Part shown: in pieces, positions 1 to 8,448 of the stretch
Numbering within the stretch: position 1 is the stretch's first letter
How the letters are laid out: every line of letters begins with the position of its first letter
Source of the DNA: Candidatus Marinacidobacterales bacterium
Lineage (GTDB): Bacteria; Acidobacteriota; Vicinamibacteria; Marinacidobacterales; DATDRI01
Assembly: GCA_965226495.1 (NCBI GenBank)
Contig: OZ245365.1
Span: 1,056,001 to 1,120,000 of the forward strand
Direction: 5' to 3'
DNA length: 64,000 bases
Position numbers and translations under genes: made by a program
The notes under the pieces: model-generated
What the model saw: the letters and a program-made list of their open reading frames with translations, nothing else
Told to the model about the DNA's origin: nothing
Databases searched by the model: none

Positions 1-299
1 CACCGCACCCACGAACTGACGACCGTCGAGCTCGAAGGTACCGAGCTTGAAAGGAATCTGATCGGGAGGCGTCTGCGCGGAGAGGACTTCCGCGACTACA
101 AACAGTGCGAGCCAAGCTCTCTTCATTTTCGTTTCCTCACGAGACTGTCTCGAAACGGGACGGCAGTGTAACATAGGCCACCAGCAGAGGAGGTCTTGGG
201 CCCGTGATTGCCAAACGTTGGGCATTCGGGCGTTCCTCGTCATTCTCGTCCTCCCGCCCGAACGGGCAGACGCGCAGAAATCAAAACAGCTCTACGAGA

Positions 300-488
300 T
301 CATGCGACTCATCCGCCATTAAAAAATGGATCTCATTTCTTCCCGGCGCCATGCGGGACAACAACGTCGACATGTGGATTCATATGGTGCAGAGCGGAAA
401 CCGCGATCCTCTCGCTCTGGACCTGGGCGGGTGGTTCGAGTACAGAGTATGGGAGCGTTATGGCTATCATATTTTTACGGACCGGGCG
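300..488 (+). pseudogene. Fragment resembling the N-terminal region of an M24-family peptidase, joined to a GMC fragment
   Basis: Frame of ORF 204..575 reads LPGAMRDNNVDMWIHMVQSGNRDPLALDLGG...GYHIFTDR, then the sequence switches abruptly to GMC-type sequence near 488. Confidence 0.35.
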
Positions 489-895
489 CCTCTATCGAAC
501 AGTTCGAAAGCCCCGAAAACAGGGTCAGTCTCGGCGCTGATACGGGCAAGTTTGGGCTGCGGGGTACGGAAATAGACTTTGGCCTCAACGAAACAACTGA
601 AAGGACCCACCAATCCTATGCACAGAACCTGGTCGAGATTCTGAAAGCGGCGGGCTGCAAAGAAGACAGCATCAGCGTCGAAATTGACGGGCCAACCGGT
701 GCCCACGCCGCATCGGCCTGTCGCATGAGCAGTTCGGACACCGACGGTGTGGTCGACGGGAACTTACGGGTACATGGTACGGATAATCTTTATGTCTGCT
801 CGAACGCCGTCTATCCTAACGTTACTGCCACGAACCCGACGCTGACCGTGGGCGCTCTTGCGGTGCGGTTGGCGGAGCATATTGGCACCGCATGA
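489..895 (+). pseudogene. GMC oxidoreductase C-terminal fragment (copy 1)
   Basis: ASIEQFESPENRV...AHAASACRM...GVVDGNLRVHGTDNLYVCSNAVYP...NPTLTVGALAVRLAEHI is GMC_oxred_C-like; N-terminal FAD-binding part absent. Confidence 0.75.
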
Positions 896-933
896 GGCAG
901 CTAGAGATCGCGTCATGAAATCCATCCTTAATA

Positions 934-1860
934 ATGGTGTCCGGCGTGGTCGGTGCGTTATTGGCGAGACGGCTCCTCGAAACGAAGAAGGATGGCAAGA
1001 AGAGAGCCAGAGGGGTCAGCTTCTTGAATCGCAAGACCGGCGTCACGGAATCGATGGAGGGGGACTGCGTCGCGGTTTGCAGCGGCACGGTTGAATCCAC
1101 CAAGCTCCTCCTGGCCTCCGCTAGTACGGATTGGAAGGAGGGCATTGGTAACGATTCAGGGCACCTCGGCAGGCACCTGGTAGGCCATCCGCTTGTTTAT
1201 GTCGAAGGTATCCGGCCTGGCAATCCGGAAAAAATGGCGCGGGAGCTCGGCTTCATCACGTTGGCAAGCCGGCATTTCGATACACCGGAGTACCAGAGGG
1301 AAGGCAAGATGTTGATTGCCGGGGTTGGGGGTGGCACCCTGACCTCTCTAAAAAGCGAGATATTGGGCAACACCTCGAGATCGGATATCGAGGCGAAGAT
1401 GGCGTCAGGTATTCATCTAGCCCTGGAGGCCTCGATCGAACAGTTTGAGAGCCCAGAGAACAGGGTGGGCCTCGGCGCGGACACCGACCGGTTTGGATTA
1501 CGTAGCACGGAGTTGGATTTCGGTATGAACGAAATTACCAAGAAAGCCAACCAAACCCATGCGCAGAACATGGTTGAGATTTTGAAAGCGGCAGGCTGCA
1601 AAGAGGACAGCATCAACGTCGAGTTCATCAAACCCGATGGTGCTCACGCTACCTCAACTTGTCGTATGAGCGGCTCCGACGCGGACGGTGTAGTCGACAG
1701 AGAGCTACGGGTTCACGGCACCGACAACCTGTATGTGTGCTCGAATGCCGTTTATCCCAACGTCACGGGAGTGAACCCGACGTTGACGCTAGGCGCTCTC
1801 GCGGTGCGGTTGGCGGAACACATTGATGCCGCGGCGAGAGGGGTTACGCCGGACCCATGA
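934..1860 (+). CDS. GMC family oxidoreductase, N-terminally truncated (copy 2)
   Basis: GTVESTKLLLAS, GIGNDSGHLGRHLVGHP, HATSTCRM, GVVDRELRVHGTDNLYV, NPTLTLGALAVRLA; no GxGxxG dinucleotide-binding N-terminus. Confidence 0.75.
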   Translation: MVSGVVGALLARRLLETKKDGKKRARGVSFLNRKTGVTESMEGDCVAVCSGTVESTKLLLASASTDWKEGIGNDSGHLGRHLVGHPLVYVEGIRPGNPEKMARELGFITLASRHFDTPEYQREGKMLIAGVGGGTLTSLKSEILGNTSRSDIEAKMASGIHLALEASIEQFESPENRVGLGADTDRFGLRSTELDFGMNEITKKANQTHAQNMVEILKAAGCKEDSINVEFIKPDGAHATSTCRMSGSDADGVVDRELRVHGTDNLYVCSNAVYPNVTGVNPTLTLGALAVRLAEHIDAAARGVTPDP

Positions 1861-1870
1861 CTATGGCGGA

Positions 1871-3109
1871 CTAGTTCGGTTTGGCGACCGCCGCTTGCTC
1901 CCCGAGATGGCGAATGTAAGCCATGAGCGGCTGGTAGTGCTCGTCTTGGATGACGCCGCGCCACGTCGGCATCTTCGTCCCCGGTTTGACCGCAGATGGA
2001 TCCTCGATCCATCGCCTCAACTCTGCATCCGTAGGATACTTCGTTGATGCCTTGCGCAGGTCCGCAATGCCGAGTCCATCGTCGCCGTGACAGGCGTAGC
2101 AACCATAATGGTAGTACTGCTCCTGGCCCTCATTTCTTGCTGCTAGGCTCGGCCGCTCTCGTCGCGGTACGGCGCGGTCGATCTCGGGGACGGTTCGAAG
2201 GTAAGCGTACATGGCGCCGACCTCCGCCTCACTGAGCTCGGGCATGGGCGCCATCGGATACAGAACCGGCGTATCGTCCGGGCGGAATCCTTCGCGTACT
2301 GCGCGCACGAATTCGTCTCTCGTCCAAAGGCCAATGCCGGTGTTCTTATGCGGCGTTAGATTCGCCGAATAAACGTTCTCCCCGGTGAGGCCAATCAACC
2401 GGTTGCCGCCGCCCAGGTAGCCTGGCGTCTTTTCCGGCTCAGCCACATTCTGCGTCTTGAAGTCTTCGGAATGGCAGCCGTAGCAGTCGAGGGTCACCAA
2501 TAGATATCGGCCCAAGGCAACCTCGTCGCCAGCCGGAGGGCCCGTGACAGGCTCGTCCGGGTAGGGAAGTGGCGCGAAGACGAAACGAGTAAGGAGCTTG
2601 GTAAGAAGAGTCGGCTCGGTGACTCCCGGCGGATCGACCGCTTCCGCCGCTACCAGAGGATCGTCCGAGCGCAGGAAAGCGATGATCGACGCGAGGTCTT
2701 CATCCGACATGTGAGGCAGCTTGATCATGTATGGCGGGATGTATGAGCCGTCGCGAGTGATTCCGGTTCGAAGAAGGTAGGCGAGCTCTCCGTCCGACCA
2801 GCTACCGATTCCCTTTTCGGAGTGCCGGGTGATGTTCTTGGAAAAGATCGGGCCGAACTCCGGTGGGGCATCGGACATGTGCTTTCCAGTGACCTTCATG
2901 GTCACTGGATCCATGTGACAACCTACGCAGATCGCGGTGGCAAGTACCTTCCCTCTGGCGACTCTTTCTGGACTCGCTTCGATTCGGAGATCGAGCGCCG
3001 GCGGGTCGAAAGTGGGTGGGTGACCGAAGTGGACGAAGGCGACCAGTCCCGCGCCCACCATGAAGAGAAATGCAGCCAGTCGTCCAGTCCACCTCAGCAC
3101 TTTACTCAT
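1871..3109 (-). CDS. Membrane-anchored triheme cytochrome c
   Basis: N-terminal TM helix; three CxxCH motifs (CVGCH, CYGCH, CYACH); NITRHSEKGIGSWS and NLTPHKNTGIGLW repeats typical of dehydrogenase cytochrome c subunits. Confidence 0.85.
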   Translation of the reverse strand: MSKVLRWTGRLAAFLFMVGAGLVAFVHFGHPPTFDPPALDLRIEASPERVARGKVLATAICVGCHMDPVTMKVTGKHMSDAPPEFGPIFSKNITRHSEKGIGSWSDGELAYLLRTGITRDGSYIPPYMIKLPHMSDEDLASIIAFLRSDDPLVAAEAVDPPGVTEPTLLTKLLTRFVFAPLPYPDEPVTGPPAGDEVALGRYLLVTLDCYGCHSEDFKTQNVAEPEKTPGYLGGGNRLIGLTGENVYSANLTPHKNTGIGLWTRDEFVRAVREGFRPDDTPVLYPMAPMPELSEAEVGAMYAYLRTVPEIDRAVPRRERPSLAARNEGQEQYYHYGCYACHGDDGLGIADLRKASTKYPTDAELRRWIEDPSAVKPGTKMPTWRGVIQDEHYQPLMAYIRHLGEQAAVAKPN

Positions 3110-3116
3110 GTCTACC

Positions 3117-4103
3117 TCAGTTCCAACTCAGCCCGCGGAGCTGCTCGACGTCGAGATTGCCACCGCTCAGAACGCAAACGACCTTGGTCCCGGCAGGGGC
3201 CTCGATCAATCCCTGGAGGAGTGCCCCGACCGGAGCCGCCGCTGCCCCCTCGGCGACCAGCTTCGTCCGGGACATCAACCAGAGCACCGCCTCGAAAATC
3301 TGGGCATCTGGTAGTGTAACGATCTCGTCCACAAACCGGGAGACCACCGACATTGTGTTCTCACCGACCGTCTTCACGCGCAGACCATCGATGATGCAAT
3401 CAACCTGGCTCAACGTGATGAGTTGGCCTGCTTCGACGCTCCGTTTCATGGCCGGTGCGCCGGACGACTCGACTCCGATCACGCGGACTTCCGGCTTGCT
3501 ACTCTTCAGTGCCATGGAAACGCCGGAGATCAAACCACCGCCGCCGATCGGGACGATCACGAGCTCCACGTCGGGAAAGTCCTCGAGGATCTCCAGCCCG
3601 ACCGTACCCTGCCCGGCAATCAAGTCCGGATCGTCGAAGGGGTGGATGTAGGTGAGGCCCCGCTCCGCGACCAGCTCGAGCGCCTTCTCGTTGGCCTCGT
3701 CCCATATGCTCCCATGGAGCACGACCTCGGCTCCGTACCCCTTGGTGGCCGCGATCTTGGAAGGAGTGGCGTTTTTCGCCATCACCACGATCGCCTTGAC
3801 GCCGTATTGCCGGGCCGCGATCGCGACCCCCTGCGAATGGTTGCCGGCCGAAGAACAAATGACGCCCCGTGTGCGCTCAGCCTCCGTGAGTAGGGCGATT
3901 TTGTGCGTCGGCCCTCGAACCTTGTACGACCCGCCCTTCTGGAACATCTCGGCCTTCAAGCGAATGTCGAATCCGGTGGCCTCGCTGAGCGAGCGAGAGG
4001 TGAGCAGCGGTGTGTGGTAAACGTGAGGTGCCACGTTCTCGCGGGCTTTGTCGAAGTCCGCGCGAGTGAGGGTGAGTTCAGCGTCTGCGTCCAGTCCTCT
4101 CAT
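3117..4103 (-). CDS. Threonine/serine dehydratase (PLP fold II, no ACT domain)
   Basis: LKAEMFQKGGSYKVRG PLP lysine, SSAGNHSQG, HPFDD...GQGT, PIGGGGLISG, SGGN. Confidence 0.9.
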   Translation of the reverse strand: MRGLDADAELTLTRADFDKARENVAPHVYHTPLLTSRSLSEATGFDIRLKAEMFQKGGSYKVRGPTHKIALLTEAERTRGVICSSAGNHSQGVAIAARQYGVKAIVVMAKNATPSKIAATKGYGAEVVLHGSIWDEANEKALELVAERGLTYIHPFDDPDLIAGQGTVGLEILEDFPDVELVIVPIGGGGLISGVSMALKSSKPEVRVIGVESSGAPAMKRSVEAGQLITLSQVDCIIDGLRVKTVGENTMSVVSRFVDEIVTLPDAQIFEAVLWLMSRTKLVAEGAAAAPVGALLQGLIEAPAGTKVVCVLSGGNLDVEQLRGLSWN

Positions 4104-4186
4104 GTTCCTTCTGCGCGAAAAACTCTACAACACCCGGCGAAGGTTAATCAAGAACCTGCTCCGTGTGGGCCACCGTCGCCGGTTAG

Positions 4187-5027
4187 CTGACGCGCGTCAA
4201 CCCATGGCTCGAGTCGGATATTGAGCTCGGTCAGAGTCGGGTCATTCGATGGACGAGCAGCGATGACCTCGAGATCGAAGGAATTCTTACCGTTCCGGCG
4301 GGCTACGAAGAGGACGAACGGGTGCCGCTGCTCGTGCTGATCCATGGTGACCCGCCCCAACAGTGGGGAAACGAGTTCTACTATGAATCTAACCTCTATG
4401 CCGGCCTAGGCTATGCGGTCTTGGCTCCCAATGTGAGGGGGAGCAGTGGATACGGCGATGATTTCGTAAGAGCGTTGATCGGTGATCTCGGAGGCGGTGA
4501 GTACGAGGATATCATGACCGGCGTGGATCATGTCATTGATATGGGCATCGCGGACCCGGAGCGTCTCGCAATCCGAGGCTGGAGCTGGGGCGGTGTCCTG
4601 TCGAGGTGGGCAATCACTCAGACCGATCGGTTCAAGGCTGCCTCCGTTGGCGCGGGGGTTATGAGCTTGCTCTCGGAAATGGGCCCTGGGTTCAACTGGG
4701 ATCTTACGGAATGGTACATGGAGAAGTCCCACTGGGACGACCCGGAAGCGTGGCGAAACGTGTCCTCGCTGACCTACGTTCAAAACGTGACTACGCCGAC
4801 ATTGATCTTTCATGGCGACCAGGACTGGTTCAGTAGCTACAACCAAAGCCTCATCTTCTTTACTGGCCTGCGCGACATCGGTAAGGCACCGGTTCGATTC
4901 ATCAGCTACCCGGGGCGAGGGCACGAGCGATTCGACCCCTGGGGGAGCGGGCCCGATACGTGGAAGAGATCCGTTGGATGCAAAAGTACGTGAATAGTGT
5001 TGACTGGCGACCGCCGCCGAGGGATTA
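4187..5027 (+). pseudogene. S9 family (acylaminoacyl/prolyl oligo)peptidase C-terminal fragment
   Basis: IEGILTVP..PLLVLIHG, PNVRGSSGYG, GWSWGG nucleophile, HGDQD, YPGRGH; propeller domain missing, in-frame TAG upstream, frameshift near 4940. Confidence 0.75.
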
Positions 5028-5056
5028 GCGGGGCGTGGCTAGGACTCTGGTAACCT

Positions 5057-6853
5057 TCAATCGGGTCGGGAGAAGAGATCGAAGGGAACCGGGTCGATAA
5101 CGGTACTCTGGCCAATGGCAGGGAGCTCAAACGGAACGTAGCGTCCGTCCTGGTAGCGCACCCACCTGAGAGCCTCAGCCTCGAGGACTTCTTCGAACGC
5201 GAAGTTCACTTTCTCGGGCCGACCGTCCGGGGTCACGGTTGCCACCTGGATCGAAACACCTGAGAGCCTGATTTGGTAGTCATCCGGTAGTTTGCGCGCT
5301 GGGTCGCGGTAGACGATGTCGAAGGGCGAGGCGAGCCAGCCATTCTCCGCCTCGATGGACAGCATGCGTTGGGAGATGCGGGCTACGGTTAGGGTAGTCG
5401 CTCCAGGCGCCATCAGCAGGATGCTCTCGGGGGTTGGCTTCGAATCGAACAGGCGGACGATCAACGTGTACTGCGCGTAGAAGGCATTGGGAGTGTTGAC
5501 GATGAGCAGTCTCTGGTTCTCGAGCTTGGGATCGTCTGGGAGACTTCGAGGCGCATCGGCGTAAAAGGGCTCTTGGGAAGCGACGGCCGTGTTCATCACT
5601 ATCTGGAACGGCGCCGCTATGAAGACGTGAACCACGACCAACACCCAGGCAAAGAGGCGGCGGCTGAAGCCGGGCGTTATCGAACGGTCGAAAAGCCGGA
5701 CCAGCAACATCGCGAGCAGGGCCATGGCTCCGATACCGACGAAGAACGAAAGCCGATCATGAGGGAATCCAGCCGTTATTGGAACGACCGCGAGCAGCAT
5801 TCCGAAGGCGAAAAAGCGCGCCGTCGGATCGTTTTTCAGGATGGGTCGCAAAAGCATGAAGACCAGTGTCAGGAACACGACTCCGAAGATCGAGACCGCG
5901 ATCGTTTGTTCCGGCGTCCATGAGAAGGCAAAGCTCGCCGGGGGCAGAAACCACTGGCCTAACAACAATAGCGGAGCCCGGATGAGAAACTGCGGGAACC
6001 ATTCCGTTGGTTGGCCGATGGGGTCCAGATAGAAGCCACTTCCGAAGGTTCCATACCCGCCTAACTTGTAGAAGACGAGCCAGGAGATTCCGACCACGGC
6101 GTGAGGGGCGATGCTCGCGAAGCGTGCCGAGCCGGTTTTTCGCTCCAGAAAGAGCGCGTACCCTAGCAAGTAGGGCGCGATACCGAGCCCACTCTCGCCA
6201 CCCAAAAGCGCCGCCAGGAAGGCGAGGGGGCTCAAGATGGCACCGGGAGTCCATCCGTCCCGCCGATGACGATCGTGCCACCAAAGGCTGAGCACCCCGA
6301 AGGTGGCCGCCACCATCGCGTTGCGGTTGGCGAGGAAGGCGGTTGGCATCCCATGTGCGTCGTCGAGCGCATAGAGGAGCGCGGCGAGTCCGGCCACTAG
6401 GGGAGCCACAATCAGGCGGCGGTAGAGCAGGGCGGTCGCGACGATGAGGCTCACCAGCCACGCAAGGCTGTGTAGGTGCATCCAGGCACCGCTGCTCGGC
6501 CAAAGGTGATAATCGACGACGTGCGTGAACGAAGAGAGGGGCCGCCAGAAGCGGATCCTCAGTTGGTCTTCGGCCCACCAGGGCAAGACACCCAGGTCCT
6601 TGTACGCCAAGATTTCCTCGGGCTCACCGGACAGGAAGTCGAACATACCGTTGGTCATATCCGATGAATCGGACAGGGGGCCGACTTCTAGAAAATTGGC
6701 TCGATGTACGAGATCGTCTAGGTACCAACCGGTAGGAATTGCGGGGAGGTTCAGAACGACCGCGATGCCTGCTGCGATCATTACGATTCGCGGCGATGCG
6801 ATGAACGCCGCGACGCGATCCTTGATCTGGCGCATCGACGTTATCTTTGCCAA
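5057..6853 (-). CDS. Multi-pass membrane protein, possibly GT-C type glycosyltransferase-like
   Basis: About 10-12 hydrophobic helices, acidic LDD motif after first TM, FWRPLSS motif, soluble C-terminal domain. Confidence 0.55.
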   Translation of the reverse strand: MAKITSMRQIKDRVAAFIASPRIVMIAAGIAVVLNLPAIPTGWYLDDLVHRANFLEVGPLSDSSDMTNGMFDFLSGEPEEILAYKDLGVLPWWAEDQLRIRFWRPLSSFTHVVDYHLWPSSGAWMHLHSLAWLVSLIVATALLYRRLIVAPLVAGLAALLYALDDAHGMPTAFLANRNAMVAATFGVLSLWWHDRHRRDGWTPGAILSPLAFLAALLGGESGLGIAPYLLGYALFLERKTGSARFASIAPHAVVGISWLVFYKLGGYGTFGSGFYLDPIGQPTEWFPQFLIRAPLLLLGQWFLPPASFAFSWTPEQTIAVSIFGVVFLTLVFMLLRPILKNDPTARFFAFGMLLAVVPITAGFPHDRLSFFVGIGAMALLAMLLVRLFDRSITPGFSRRLFAWVLVVVHVFIAAPFQIVMNTAVASQEPFYADAPRSLPDDPKLENQRLLIVNTPNAFYAQYTLIVRLFDSKPTPESILLMAPGATTLTVARISQRMLSIEAENGWLASPFDIVYRDPARKLPDDYQIRLSGVSIQVATVTPDGRPEKVNFAFEEVLEAEALRWVRYQDGRYVPFELPAIGQSTVIDPVPFDLFSRPD

Positions 6854-6907
6854 TTAGTTAATTATGTACGTCTTCCCTTTTGGAGAGAGGTTCATGATTA
6901 AGGTCCA

Positions 6908-7092
6908 CCCCTCACCCGGCCGCCTGCGGCTCTGACCTCTCCGACTTTTATTGAAGGGGGGGAGAGGTACATAATTACCCCTCACCCGGCCGCCGGTGGC
7001 GGTCGCTGGTGGTTCTTTTTGAAGGGGGGGAGAGGTACAAGCTCAAGTTTCACCGGCCACTCTCCCCGAAAGGGAGAGGTACAAGCTCAAGT
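6908..7092. repeat. Cluster of three degenerate REP-like hairpin repeats (CCCCTCACCCGGCCGCC...CTCTCC...GGGAGAGGTACA)
   Basis: cccctcacccggccgcc occurs at ~6908 and ~6978; gggagaggtaca occurs three times; a related copy lies at 41694-41749. Confidence 0.75.
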
Positions 7093-8448
7093 CTGTTCCG
7101 CTTTCTTCAGCAGGTCCTTTCGCTGCAGATGGATCTTGTCGAAGCTGTCGGAGGCGATCACGTAGTACCAAGGGGCGAAACGCTTCGAGAGCGCTTCCGC
7201 CTTCTCTTTCCCTTTGGCTACGTCCTCTTCCCACCTTTTATGATCGTCGGCCAGCTTCTTGTTCTCCTTGTCGGCGTCGGTGAGCTCGCTTTCTTCCTTG
7301 TCTTCGAAGTCCGTACTGGACGGCTTCGGTGGTTCGGGAACGGCGGTGGAATCGAAATCCGCCGTGATGAATAAGTAGCGGTTCTCGCCCGGCCCGCTCG
7401 CCTCCTCCGACGAGCTCTCCGCTCCGGCACTGATGGCTTCGCCGCTTCCGAAGAGAACCTCCCCGAACCTGAGCGTGTAAAGAAGCCCCTCGTTGGTGCG
7501 CGCCTGAAGCTCGCCCTCGTTCGATAGGAGCTCACCACTCCGGGTCAAGTAGTATCCGCGACTCTGAAGAGACAGAGCGTCCGTGCGAGAGATCGTGAGG
7601 CCGGATAGACGCTCGTCGATTCCCTCCGGCTTCGGTCGCACGCCGACGATCTCGAGGTTGTCGACTCCTCCCAACAGGGAGTTCATCTTTGTCGTGTCTA
7701 GCTCCTGACCTCCCGGCGTGCGGGCCATGGTCCAGTCACCGTCTTTGGCGAGATCGACCGTGTCATTCGTGTCGACCATAAGCGTGCGCTCGTTGATGGA
7801 GTAGTCTTTGAGAACTACTTTATCGATCTGGCCCTGATCGACCTGCAAGAGATCCTTTTCGATCCAGTCCTCGAACCTCGTCGAGATCTCGGTGTCGATC
7901 TTCGCGGCATAGACGCGCTTCTGATCGGGGACGCGGACGAAGTGAAAGCCTTCGCGTCCTTCGAGAGCGTTGCCGACGATCAGATCGGCTAGGACGACTT
8001 CGTTGTCTCCCTTGATGGTGATGCGTTTTCCACGGCCCTGAAGGCCGGCCGTTGTCTCGTCGAGAGGATCGACGACTCCCAATGCCTCGTGATCCGACAC
8101 GTTGTCGGAGCGGAAGTCGTCCTTCACGATGCTGATGACGCCGGCGGCCGTCTCCGCCAGCCGGTCCTCACCGTCCGCGGGGTAGTCGTGATGCGACGGG
8201 ATCGTCCACAGACCGTTCTGGTTCGTGACTTTGAAGGGCCGCGCCGCAGCGGTCGCATCGTCGAACTCGATGACCTCCAGCGTGCGCGCCGTGTTGGGGT
8301 CTTGGAAAGCGGGGAAAAACGGCTCACCCTGATCGAGGAAGGCGTCGGGAGTGATGTTCTTTGGGGCGGTGATGACGGCCACGATGGCGAGAAGCACGGC
8401 AGCCCCCGCCAGATGCCTGGTAAGCTTTAGCTCACTCTTCATCGCCAT
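7087..8448 (-). CDS. DUF4340 domain protein (partner of Gld-type ABC system)
   Basis: N-terminal TM, WTIPSHHDYPAD motif, position after GldG-like gene, overlapping stop/start with upstream gene. Confidence 0.75.
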   Translation of the reverse strand: MAMKSELKLTRHLAGAAVLLAIVAVITAPKNITPDAFLDQGEPFFPAFQDPNTARTLEVIEFDDATAAARPFKVTNQNGLWTIPSHHDYPADGEDRLAETAAGVISIVKDDFRSDNVSDHEALGVVDPLDETTAGLQGRGKRITIKGDNEVVLADLIVGNALEGREGFHFVRVPDQKRVYAAKIDTEISTRFEDWIEKDLLQVDQGQIDKVVLKDYSINERTLMVDTNDTVDLAKDGDWTMARTPGGQELDTTKMNSLLGGVDNLEIVGVRPKPEGIDERLSGLTISRTDALSLQSRGYYLTRSGELLSNEGELQARTNEGLLYTLRFGEVLFGSGEAISAGAESSSEEASGPGENRYLFITADFDSTAVPEPPKPSSTDFEDKEESELTDADKENKKLADDHKRWEEDVAKGKEKAEALSKRFAPWYYVIASDSFDKIHLQRKDLLKKAEQT

